From: Schmidtea polychroa
Taxonomy: Eukaryota
Reading direction: 5' to 3'
DNA: 64,000 bases
NCBI GenBank assembly: GCA_044892525.1
Contig: CM097886.1
Span: 2,294,001-2,358,000 of the forward strand
This document shows positions 38,501 to 50,348 of this stretch, one piece after another. The notes beneath the pieces are model-generated. The model was not told the origin of the DNA. It saw only the letters and a list, made by a program, of their open reading frames with translations, and did no database searches. The translations under genes were made by a program, and so were the position numbers. Numbering within the stretch: the first letter of the stretch is position 1; each line of letters starts with the position of its first letter.

Positions 38501-41500
38501 ATCACCGGTTCCATCTTGCACCGGGGACAATAAATGGGCACTATCGTCTGAAGGATCGACACCGATAACTCCACTAGCGAGCAGAGAGGATAAATCGGAT
38601 TTTCCATGGACCATAGTTAAGGCTTGGATTATATGCTTTTGGGCAGTAACAGTTTTTAGTAATTGTTTATTTTGTTTTTGCTTTTCTTTAATGTCATCCA
38701 TTTCTTTATAGGCCTGTTCCAATTTCTTTGCCATATCGTGCATGCTAACATCAATAGAAATGCATAACACATTTATAATTATTGATATAAAATTATTTAA
38801 TATAAAATTAATTGATATACATTAACCAAATTTTCATGGATATTTTTGATTTTATAGGAAATCCGGAAATAACAATAAAAAAACTCTATTTTTACTATTA
38901 TTATCCGTTTATTTCTCTCCTTTTCATTCATTTATTGACTTTTAGGCTAATTATAGATTTCAATGATAAATCAGCATTACAGTTTGTGAGAGGATATTAC
39001 TATTCAGTATTGATTTTCATAATTATACATTGAATATTTTTCACAAAACAAAATCGATTTCTTGAAAAATTATGATATTAATAATAATATTAAAAAATTG
39101 TTAAAATCAATAATTATAAAATCAATATAAAATGAATTGATATACATTAACCAATTTTCATGGATATTATGAGGAAGTTTTATGATGAAGAAATTTTTAA
39201 ATTGAAAATTTTAAAAATTAAAGTTTAGATTAATTTTTAAAAAATAATAAGATATTTTAATTAAAAATATCTTCGTAGAAAATTTGTTTAAATAAGATAT
39301 AATTTGATTCTGATATTTACTGAAATAAAATTTATGGAAACAAAAACTGATTTTAATGTTTTACAGGATGAACCTCCTAATAGATATTATTGATTTATTA
39401 GGAAATCCGGAAATAACAACAAAAAAACCTATTTTTACTATTATTTTTTACAAGAAACGATTTTATTATTTTCCGTTTATTTCTCTCCTTTTAATTCATT
39501 TATTGACTTTTAGGCTAATTATAGATTTCAATAATAGATCAACATTACAGTTTTTGAGAGGATATTACTATTCAGTATTGATTTTCATTATTATACATTG
39601 AATATTTTTCACAAAACAAAATCGATTTCTTGAAAAATTATGATATTAATAATAATATTAAAAAATTGTTAAAATCAATAATTATAAAATCAATATCAAT
39701 CACAATCAATTATCAAAATCAATTATAATTATTGAAAAGTAATTAAATCGATAATCTGTTACAAAAATATTATAATATGTTTAGTTAATAGCAAAAAAAC
39801 ACGGAAATGAGAAATATTTCCCTTGTAAATTACAATGAAATAAATAATTTACCTGTTTTCATTGATCATGTTTTCTGTAGCTTCTTGTTGTTCACTGAGA
39901 TCTCGGAATTGTTCAATTAAACGGATATTCTGCTGCTGCAGTTCACAGATGTTCTTGAAAGTCACTAAATGGGTGGTAATGATATCACTGGCTGTGATAT
40001 ATCGGCTGCTGGATTCCATTGAATTGTTGGCAATAATGAGCTGTGAATTCGAGTTGTTGAGACTGCTTTGATGGAAACTACGACGGCGACTGATGAATTC
40101 CGGCTCATTGGAATTAATAATCGACAATTCATCAGATCTGACAACTGTGCCCCTGTATGTTTCTACTTCTCTAATCAGGCAACAGACTTGTCGGCTGAGA
40201 TCAGAGCAAGTCTGCTCTTCCCGCTTCAGTTTTTTCGATAATTCCTCACATTTTTTATGATACTCGCCCAATTCCGATTGACAGCTGAATAGTTGAGATA
40301 GATTATCATCGTATTTCTTGCCCAATGTCGTCACAGATAGCTCCAGATACGAATGTTCTTCTTGTTGTTTTTTCAACAGCGGAGCTTTCTGTTCTAATTC
40401 CTCGAGAATTGACAGCATGTACTCATTTAATCGATCCCGGTCAACCCGTAACTCTTCTTTCTCGTTGACAACTTGCAAATATTCGCTGTAAATTTGAGTC
40501 ATACTGTATCCGCGCTTCAAGGCGCTAATAGCGGCTGCAGTTGCAGGATTCATGGATTTGATCTCTGATTCTGATAGGCCTAGAATTTATACTTTTATTA
40601 AATCAATAATAAAGTTTTTATTATATTGAGACAAATATTGATTAATATCATTAGATAATAACTGTATTATATAACTATTAACATTATATTATAATTATCC
40701 TTACTTTTCACTCGGAATTTCTCGAATAACTCATTAGCGTCAGTCAATTCGTTGTCTTTGCGATTGATTTCCATACGCAATTCAGAAACTTGTTGAGCAA
40801 ATCCAGCCAGTTTAGTTTCGAATTCCATTTTCATTTTGTCACTCTCTTCGACTGTCTCCTTAAGTGATTCTTGCAATTCTCTGATTGCATTGATGAAATT
40901 TTCCTCTTTCAATTCGTTCTCTTCAATTTTTTCTTTCAATAATTCATTGATTGACACTTGAACATTTAATTCAGTTCGTAGCAGATTGTCGATGTTCGTC
41001 TGGCTTTCAACAGCAGATCTCAAACTTTCATTTTTTTCAACATTGCCTCTCTCTAAATGTGAAATTTGCTCTTTCAGTTTTTCGATTGTTCTTTTGAAAT
41101 TTTTTATCTACAATGTTTAATTCATTTATTATTAACAGGTTTCAAAAAATAATGAACCAACCTCATTTCGTTTTCCGTCTAATTCAAGATTGAAATCATA
41201 AACTAATTTATTCTAAAAATTGCATAATTAATAAAATTAATTTGATTGTGAATTAATACGTGTAAGGTTTTTTCTTCGTGGTTTGCTTTTGCGCTTTCTG
41301 CAATTTTCTCTTCTAAGATTTGAATTTCTGCACTAAGCTTTTTAGTTCGCAACAATGACATTTGTTCCATCTGTTCAAAATCTTTTCTTCTAAATTCTAA
41401 ATCATTCATATTTAATTTAGATTCAATTTCTTTAGTTTTATATTCAGTTAATTGAGTTCTAAGATCTTGAATTTCAATTTTAGAATTAAGAAGTTCTTTC

Positions 41501-41930
41501 TCCCGACGAGAAATTAATTCAAGAAGACTAGTGTGTTCAGATTCCAAATTGTCGAATTTTTTGACAATATTAAACTACATGAAAATTAATTATAATACAT
41601 TTATTTAAAACCTAACTTTCTCCTGAGATAGTTCAAAGTAATTTTGGTTAACTGTAATTTTTTCTTGGCAACTGTTTTTATATTTCTCATCAAGCTCTTG
41701 AAAATTGATCATAAGATTTTCATAATTTACAGTTTTTAAATTCATTTCTTTTTTTAGGTTTTCAATTTTTAATTCATAATCTATCGTGACTTTATCTGTA
41801 TCAATAAAAAAATTTATTAAAGAAAAATAACTAATAAATCACCATAATCTCGCTTTAAGTTATCATTTTCTACTTTGAATGCTTCAAGTTCAGATTTTAA
41901 ATCTCTGTTAGTATCAAAAGGTTCATCCAT
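32533..41930 (-). CDS. TPR: Nucleoprotein TPR / Megator / MLP1-like nuclear basket protein, ~12 exons
   Basis: Exons: 41930-41843, 41795-41617, 41574-41260, 41107-40705, 40579-39853, 38744-37669, 36889-36136, 36080-35795, 35754-35570, 34477-34331, 34287-~32787, plus a probable acidic exon from 32735. Long coiled coil with the hallmark MNPATAAAISALKRGYSMTQIYSEY...LEELEQKAPLLKKQ, LVTFKNICELQQQN and YQQELIYHA. Acidic disordered tail. The 3' end is uncertain. Confidence 0.9.
34690..35130 (-). mobile_element. Tc1/IS630-like transposase remnant in a TPR intron
   Basis: With frameshifts: FIDEC.FNTWTDKRFGRSRVGNR...PTNRGLNI and SPFLNPIE.C*AKLK, the first D and the E motif of DDE_3-type transposases. 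The middle region is deleted. Confidence 0.75.
36945..37625. repeat. Degenerate AT-rich tandem repeat (~260-300 bp unit, ~2.4 copies) in a TPR intron
   Basis: aagttcatt(a/t)attaagga recurs at ~36947, ~37206 and ~37507, and gtcgaaccaat recurs at ~37185 and ~37488. Confidence 0.8.
38804..39700. repeat. Local ~330-bp direct duplication in a TPR intron
   Basis: ~38840-39135 and ~39380-39695 are nearly identical, as shown by the matching ORFs 38812 and 39356. Confidence 0.85.
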
Positions 41931-42303
41931 TTATAATATTCAAAATTATATGAAAACTGTATCATATATTTAAACAATCATTTTAAATTAAAATGATAAA
42001 ATCTTTAAATTTACAAATTATTAGTAATTTTATTTCAAATTTTGAAAATTACGGTCCTAAATAATTTTTATTTTAGAAGACCTTAATGAAGCTAAATGAA
42101 CAAATGGTCAAAAATGATTTGAATATGAAAATTTAGAAAATATAAAATTTATGATTCGGCTGTTCAAATATTTTTTAATTTCTATTCTTCATGGCATAGA
42201 AGTATTTTAGCTTGTTTAACTTAATACTTAAAATTAAATTATTCAAAAGGATTTTAAATCAGATATTTAAAACTAGCTTTAAATATAATTGTTAATTATT
42301 TCA
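41931..42303. promoter_or_regulatory. Probable bidirectional promoter between TPR and taxilin
   Basis: Only 373 bp separate the two divergent start codons (41930 on -, 42304 on +). Confidence 0.55.
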
Positions 42304-45300
42304 ATGGAAAATCATGGAGAAAGTAATATAAAAATTGAAACTCATGAAATTAAAAAGAAGAAAAATGATAAAACTATAGGTTCATTAAATTAATTTTGTT
42401 TCTGTAAAGTTAATACTTTTAGATCTCCTGAAACGTACAATGACCGAACTGAATACGCCTGATGAAAAAATTGATTATGTTTGTCAAAAGTACTCAGAAC
42501 TTTATCAAGATTATAAGAAAAGTTTGTCACTTAATCAAAATGCAGAAAAACAACTAACAAATGTATTTTATATAATTATAAATCGGTCACTTTAAAAGCA
42601 ACTTATGAAAGTAAAATATTTGACAAATCTTAATTCAGATTCAAAAGGAGAAAGATCATTTAACAAAAGAATATAATAAAGCTCTTTTACAAAAAGGAAA
42701 TTTAGAGAATCTTTCTCGTGAACTTCATAAACAGAAGCAAAAAATTCAGGTTGATAAACGTTTTTTGTAAAAGTGCATTTAATATATAAATGTTTTATAA
42801 ATTTATTCTGACTAATTTTCTACAATTGCCGTTATGTTACATGCATTATGCAATACATGTCAACGCCAGTTCGTTTTGTTTATGTGTAAACAAATCGTGT
42901 GCTGATTTTGTGAGGGGGGGTTAAGTTTGATTTTTAATATTATTATTTGGATTTCTTAAAAATTTATTCTGACCATCTTTTATGTGATTTATATTTTTAT
43001 TCTATTGCTGTTATTTTTTTTACATATTGTAGCTGTCTATCAAAATATATTAAACTTAGAGATAATTGGTTTAGGAATTCAGAGGCGACGGTTAAGTATT
43101 AGTTTTTTTACAGCAAGAATCGTAAGACGGTGAATTCTGGCTTTATTAAATTTGCAGTCTTTCCTATTTGTAATTTTTGACTCGGTGACGATATATTCGG
43201 TTCATAGTGTCATTTCCATCACGAGTACTGAAATATACATTTTTGTCCATGTCATATTGTTTGCTCGAGCCATCACAAATCCATGTGCCGATGTTAAATG
43301 CACAGTTAGTCAATAAAATTGCAATCCTTATTTATAGAAATGAGTTTAAAAATGTATTATATTGGATGTTATATTATATGTATGCAAAAATCACACTAAT
43401 TTAATTAATTGATTTGTTTTGGCATTTCTTTCTTGTAAAGATCAAATTTTTAGCGAAATATCAAGAAATATAAAATTAATATATGGAACAAACCAAATTC
43501 TGGACAAAACTGGGTGGTTAGCTAGTATTTTGATGCAAAAGCGTTAGAAATAAAAAGATTTGGCTGGGTTTATTTGCAGAGATTTTTAATGAAAAAATTT
43601 ATTTATGACAATAACTTCCTGATTGAATTCTAGACCCAAAATTTTCATCAACCTTCATTTTTTAATAATTTTCAGCAATAAATATAGATTTTCTTTCAGT
43701 TTATATTGGGTTTTTACGCTCGCCTCGATTTCATCTTTGTGAACTGATATTGTGCTTTATGAGGATGTACAGTTAATTCTTTCTGTAATATCAAAAGAAA
43801 TGATATCATTGCTTTAAATGTTTACTTTTTCACATGGAATTTGTATTATCTGCTGATTAATACTAATATTTTCATTGCAAATATAAACTGATCGTTTATC
43901 TTGTCATCGGTTATAATTGCTATCATTCACCTTGCGTTTGTATAATTACATCCTTTGTATATCAATTTTTCATTAGATTTTATTTTACGTGAACATTTCC
44001 TCATCCATGATCGCTTACAGTGTAATATTGGATTTATCGTCAGCCTTTGACCTCGTTTCTTTCATTATTAAAGTTTCTAATTGGAATTATTGTAAAATAT
44101 TAAAAAATATAAAGATTGAAGGATTATTATAAAGCCAGTATTACAGAATTTTTATATAAATAATTGATTTTCATATCTATTGGCTGTTATGAATAAATTT
44201 TACAGAGATTAAAATNNNNNNNNNNNNNNNNNNNNNNNNNNNNNNNNNNNNNNNNNNNNNNNNNNNNNNNNNNNNNNNNNNNNNNNNNNNNNNNNNNNNN
44301 NNNNNNNNNNNNNNNNNNNNNNNNNNNNNNNNNNNNNNNNNNNNNNNNNTCAATTTATTTCACGCTTGACTGATTTGTGCAACTGTGAATCCCAGTGAAA
44401 ATATTTTAATTAATATAAATTTATTGAAATTTGATTGGATAAAAATTTAAATAAATTAAATTCATTTTAAATTGTGAAATTATTTTAATTAATTTGATTT
44501 ATCAGTTGGCTTTATGATGCTTCAATTTATTTCACGCTTGACTGATTTGTGCAACTGTGAATCCCAGTGAAAATATTTTAATTAATATAAATTTATTGAA
44601 ATTTGATTGGATAATAATTTAAATAAATTAAATTCATTTCAAATTGTGAAATTATTTCGGCTAATTCGCTGTCGGCATCTGTCAAGCTAATTTCATTTTC
44701 ATATTAAGGAGGAAAGTAACATCCGCAATCGGTTGGAAGAGGAAAAGCGCAAGGAAATATCGACCTTATTCAAAACGAAAATATCGGAAATCGAAACCCA
44801 AATGATAACATATCAAGAAAACAATGAGAAATTGCGCGCCGAGAACCAAGATTTGGCAACTAAATTGTCCAAATTCCTTGAACAATATGAAATTAAAGAA
44901 CAGCACAACACAAAACTCCTACAAACGAAACAGTTGGAATTCCAGTTGGCGGAAGCTAAGCTCAAACAATCTCAGTGCATTCTCGAAGAGTTCAGTGCGA
45001 AATTCAAACAGGAAAAGGAAAACTCCGACAAGCAGCTGGAGGATCAAAGAACTAGAATTAAAATGCATGAGCAGATTGAAGATAAAATGAAAGAACAAGT
45101 AAGTTTTGTAATTTATTTTTGACGTTTCAATTGATAGGGAAAGTGAAACCGGGTTAAATATAAGCTGGGTGTGAATGAGGACATAAAATTATCACTGTTA
45201 TTTATTATTTTCGGCAGAATTTTTGCCCCTGGGAAAATTAGCTCAATTGACAACGAACCTGGCTACTTTGTGTGTGTGTGTGTGTGTTCTGGGATTGGCG

Positions 45301-46370
45301 GGTACAGTGACCAGCTGATAGTGGCAAACATTTCTCATAGAGATTTGTATATCACATAGAATGATTAATAAGCAATTTATGTAGCATCCGGACCGCTTAT
45401 AATTTGGATGCATTGAGATAATTCGATTGTGTGTGTGTGTGTTATATTTGCCTTGACGCCTGATGAAGATTTACAGTTCCTCTACAATATATTCAATGGG
45501 ATTTCTTTTCTTTATCTTTAGTTTATCTTTCTTTATATATTATATAAAATTTAGATCGAGTTCTACAGATCCAAATATGAAGGTTTCCAAAAAACGCTGA
45601 ATGACAGCAACCAGATATTCATTACATACAAAAAGGAAATGGAAAAGGTAATTATATAAATTTATTTTGTTTTAAATTTTTCTCCTTATTCCCATTTTTT
45701 TAATCTCAACTACAATTTCGTGTTTATATGAGTTCTGGTTGAGGCTAAATGTATTGTACCGTCTTAGTACCAGCTCATTCAATATGCACTTGATAGGAAT
45801 ACTTTTCTTTCATCCTATTTCAGCGTACCGGATAATTTGTTATCAATATATACAGTGCTAGGATCTGTCGACTCTTCAAACTCTTTCTAATTCTCCGAAA
45901 GTCTAATTCGGTTCTTGCCCAATATACCTATTTGTCATTTTGTTTTCTCCATTATATTTAGTCTCACATATCTTTAACTGTTGGATATGATTTTAGATGA
46001 CGAATAACGTAAAGAAATTAGAAAAAGAAAATGTTCAGCTTAGACAAAAATGGGAAAACAGCAACTGCTCTGCTCTAACATTGGCCTCTGAAGTATTATT
46101 ATTATTATTATTAATGAATAGAAACGGTCATAGAAATATTCCATCTAGAAAACGAAATCTGATGAGCAAATAGGCCGTATGAAAGCGAAAATAGAGAAAC
46201 TAGAAAGCTTATGTAGGGCATTGCAAACTGAACGAGGAAATTTGCAGAAGTCATTGGAAGAATGTAAGAAATTTGATTCAATTGAAAAAGCTTCTGACGT
46301 ACAGCAATTGCCTGGTGACATAATAGAAGATGACAAAAGAATTTTAGTTAATTTAGATCCAGCAAATTAA
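42304..46370 (+). CDS. TXLN: Taxilin family protein, 7 exons: 42304-42379, 42423-42562, 42639-42749, 44709-45098, 45555-45647, 45997-46092, 46149-46370
   Basis: Taxilin hallmarks TPDEKIDYVCQKYSEL, LENLSRELHKQ, EEEKRKEISTLF, FQKTLNDSNQIFITYKKEMEKM and KIEKLESLCRALQTER. All introns are GT-AG with consistent phases. Confidence 0.9.
44350..44660. repeat. ~172-bp tandem duplication abutting the N gap
   Basis: tcaatttatttcacgcttgactg starts at 44350 and again at ~44522. Possibly an assembly overlap. Confidence 0.75.
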
Positions 46371-46516
46371 TTACGATATGATACGTTTTCTTGACGCATG
46401 TTTATCACCTGTAAAGCTTAAAATAAGCTGATAGTTTTATAAATATCTATAAATTTAAATGAAAATTATGACGGATGATGAATCTATTTTATCTGTAAAT
46501 GTTTACATTCTTCTAT

Positions 46517-46843
46517 TCAGCGCTGAATATAACAGAGCCGTTTCAAGCACGTCGACGTTTCTAAAGGGCCTTGACAATTCGTGCATTTGTTGTTCGTTAT
46601 TGCGTCCACATATTCATCATAATTATTTTTTGATTCGATGTCGCACTTAATAGTTTTCGGGTTGTTGTTGACAGAGGGAAGGTAAGCTCCTATCTGTGCT
46701 GGACAACTGCTCAGATCTTCTTTCACATCAAAGGCTTTATAAACCGGACAGACGGTCGTCTTGTATGGCGAATACGTGCACGAATAATTGATATGGGGAT
46801 AGCAATAATCTAGTGGCGCTTTTGGTTTGATGTTTCCGTACAT
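46517..46843 (-). CDS. Small Cys-rich protein or exon of unknown family, convergent with the taxilin 3' end
   Basis: Uninterrupted 108-codon ORF with 8 Cys and coding-like composition. Preceded by a possible acceptor AG or a short hydrophobic stretch. Confidence 0.45.
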   Translation of the reverse strand: MYGNIKPKAPLDYCYPHINYSCTYSPYKTTVCPVYKAFDVKEDLSSCPAQIGAYLPSVNNNPKTIKCDIESKNNYDEYVDAITNNKCTNCQGPLETSTCLKRLCYIQR

Positions 46844-47539
46844 TCTACCGCAGATATATATTAGAATTATATTCGGATTGATTTAATTATTGTTTCAATC
46901 GCAAATGCTTAGCGATTATTTGAATTTAATCCATTCTTAATATATATTTATTATTTTTTAAAAAAATTAGACTAACCGTCTTGCAAATTTTATTTAAGAT
47001 TTGTATGAACTGTATAATAAGTCGTTATTTATGAGAATTATTTTTTAATATGGTTAAGGTTAAAAATAATTCTTAAAGCTTTTAAAATTTTTGGCTCAGA
47101 AGGTTAGTAATTAAAACCCAACTACAATTAGTTTGTTAATTAGAATAAGACGTTGCAACTGTCAACATAGACATTTATACCGCTATAAATATATTTAAAA
47201 TAATAAAAGTTACCAATTAAACCTATTATTAAACAAAACACTTAATTAATAAATAAAACACTAATAATTAAAATTAATGAAAAAGCAAGAAGTGGCGAAA
47301 AGAAACACATTAAAAAGCACAAAATAAAAAATCACATGCATTAATAAATAAAATTTCTAGTCAAATTTAGTTAAATTAAATTACAATAATATCCGATTGT
47401 TTAATCGAATCAAAATATTAAATAGACTATCAACCAATGAGGTTCATCTGTGGCCAATTTATCTACGATCGTTGATAAATGAATGGTCAATACTCCTGAT
47501 CCTTGCACAATTTTATCTGAATGTAATGATATTATTGAT

Positions 47540-47730
47540 GTTGGTGGGTTACTGATGATCAAATATTTTGCTCTTTAGTGCTGTTACCAGCGTAACCCAA
47601 GATACAACATGGTTTACGGCTTGATACCCGCTGAGTGATCAACGTTGGTACTGTATCAAATGGGTGAGTGCTCGCAAGAAGTGTCCGATTTATACTGGCC
47701 CCTTTGCTAGATTGTGTTCTCAGATGCATT
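47540..47730 (+). pseudogene. Unknown family ORF-C fragment
   Basis: SAVTSVTQDTTWFTA*YPLSDQRWYCIKWVSARKK|CPIYTGP. Reverse-complement homolog of ~62250-62470. Confidence 0.7.
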
Positions 47731-48423
47731 TACACCTTCATCATCTCATTATATCTACATAAGCATACACATCTACACACACATATACCTATATACATAC
47801 ACACATATATTTTTTATAACGAACCTTTATTTCTAAATATACGTCACACCTGTTTTAGCTAAGTCTGCTGATTCGGTTTCACTCACATATCGACCACCTA
47901 TCCTATCAACTCTGAAGGTGCAGCACTCTCGATTCCTCGCTTTACCGATTTGGGTTTTAATTATTTTTAGTTTTAACAAAATATCGATTGACAGATGAGA
48001 AGCACTGCTATTCATAGACAGAAAGATAATTTTGGTGAGAAAAATAAAATACAAACACGCATCCAATACACACAACAATCCTGTAACGAGAACATATGTA
48101 GACGGACAAAAATTATGGGTAGTAATAAATTATTACCGGAATTTTTAATTATAAAACAAAATTTATAATTTATTTAAAAAATTCCAATTAAAAAATCTGC
48201 AAAATGATGATAGAATTGACAGAAGTTGTGGAATACATGGAAGAAAAACATCGGAAAACGTAATTCGTAATTAAAATATTATATTTAAAGTTAATTATTT
48301 TTAATACTTACAACTTAATTAAAATATTTATCGAGGTCATGAAACAAAAGAAAAATAACTGCAATAACAAAAAAAAATTCACGAAATTATTTATAATTGA
48401 AAAATTTTATAATTGCTTTAAAA

Positions 48424-48777
48424 CAGGGATGCGCAAAGTGCGGCCCTTTTGAATAATTTATGCGGCCCTCGTGTATATTTATTTAATATATTTAATTAAA
48501 TATTTATATAAAAAATTTCCAGATTTAATATAAATTGCATAAATTTAATAAAAATTGCACAGACTTAAAAAATTAAATTGTTAATAAAACAATGTCATAT
48601 TGCTCCAAAAAAAAATTAAATTAATTATTTCAACTAAATTGAAATGCATTTTTTGTATATAAAAACCGGGTTATAATTTAAAATTTTACAGATTAGGTGT
48701 TTTTTTCTAAATGTGGCCCTAATAGAATGTATTATAAGAAAATGTGGCACCCATACTGAAAAGTCTGTGCATCCCTG
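48424..48777. mobile_element. hAT (Buster/Charlie-type) MITE
   Basis: TIR cagggatgcgca / tgtgcatccctg. Perfect 8-bp TSD CTTTAAAA. Confidence 0.88.
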
Positions 48778-49721
48778 CTTTAAAATGTATTAAAATGATA
48801 ATTTAATAAATCTTATAGTTTTTAATAATTATATCCTAAAATTGATCTTTTTAAATTACATTATTAATTAACTTTGTTTAAATTAATCTTTTATATTTTA
48901 ATTTCTCGTTTACCACTAGATGGTAATTAGAAATTTAATATTTTTTTTGTGATTTTAGGAATTTAAACAGTACACCGTAATTTACCACTAAATTCGGGTA
49001 CACTTGGGTAACAAGTATTAGTGATTTTCTTGTCAATTGTGTTTATCTTTATTTTGTTTTGGCTTAGAGTAAATTTTATTTTTTTGTCATGTTATCTTGT
49101 TGAAGCTAAAATTAAACCATCGTCATTTTGATATTACTATTCGCCAAACAGCCTCCGTGCGCTCACTGTACCCCATGCTATAGTGTCAACAGATTATGGA
49201 ATCAATCGTTATTGAATATAGTGGAGTGTGATCAACCATTCTATGATTTCCGTTTGTGCATATAACTCTATATTTTTTAGTTTTTAAAGATGGTGTTAGA
49301 AACATTTTTGTCATAGACTTTTGTGATTTGCATTGTCAACATTCTATCATCGAAAAATCAATCGTCCGAAAAAGTGGCAGGAATTTTTTGTTTTGGTGTG
49401 TGCAAATTTTTTCAGAAAACAGAATGAAAAGTGAAGTTTATTTACTAATTAACTTTATACGCATATGCACAACATGCATAATTTTTTACTGTTCATACAT
49501 TCACCGCGAAACATTTATCATAAAACCAGAATTACTATTTCATAAAAATTTTAATTAAAGTGAAATTGTTAAAGAAAATTAATAGTTTGAATCTTTATTT
49601 TCTAACAAATAATAAAATTAATTTTTGAGCACAGCTAAGCCAGCATCTTAAAATTAACATAAATTTATAAATATAAGAATGGAATGTATAATTAGTCAAA
49701 TAAACAATGAAATTTATAACT

Positions 49722-50314
49722 TTAAGTGTTTCTCAACATATCCGCTGCAGTTGATCGCACAGTCTGATTTGATAAAGCATCCTTGCTGAATTCTTCTTTG
49801 GCTTTTTGTAAACTTCCTCCAGTTGTTCGAAAATATAAATTGACACGTATAATAATGTAAAAACAGGCGGCGAGATTCACAGAGAATGCAGTAGCAATGA
49901 TCAACATAAACACCATTACACCTGTGTTTTTATTTGCCATAAAAGATACTATCCATCCACTGACAAAAATGTAAATAAATAAATTTAATGCATTTTCTCG
50001 AGTTAAAAAAATNNNNNNNNNNNNNNNNNNNNNNNNNNNNNNNNNNNNNNNNNNNNNNNNNNNNNNNNNNNNNNNNNNNNNNNNNNNNNNNNNNNNNNNN
50101 NNNNNNNNNNNNNNNNNNNNNNNNNNNNNNNNNNNNNNNNNNNNNNNNNNNNNNNNNNNNNNNNNNNNNNNNNNNNNNNNNNNNNNNNNNNNNNNNNNNN
50201 NNNCTATCTTATAGTCGAAAATTCTTTCATTAAATACATTATTTACAGCAAAAGGCTTAAATTATCATTTTATTGTTTTAATTAATAAATGCTGCTACCA
50301 AGCAATCATCATTT

Positions 50315-50348
<34 letters not shown>

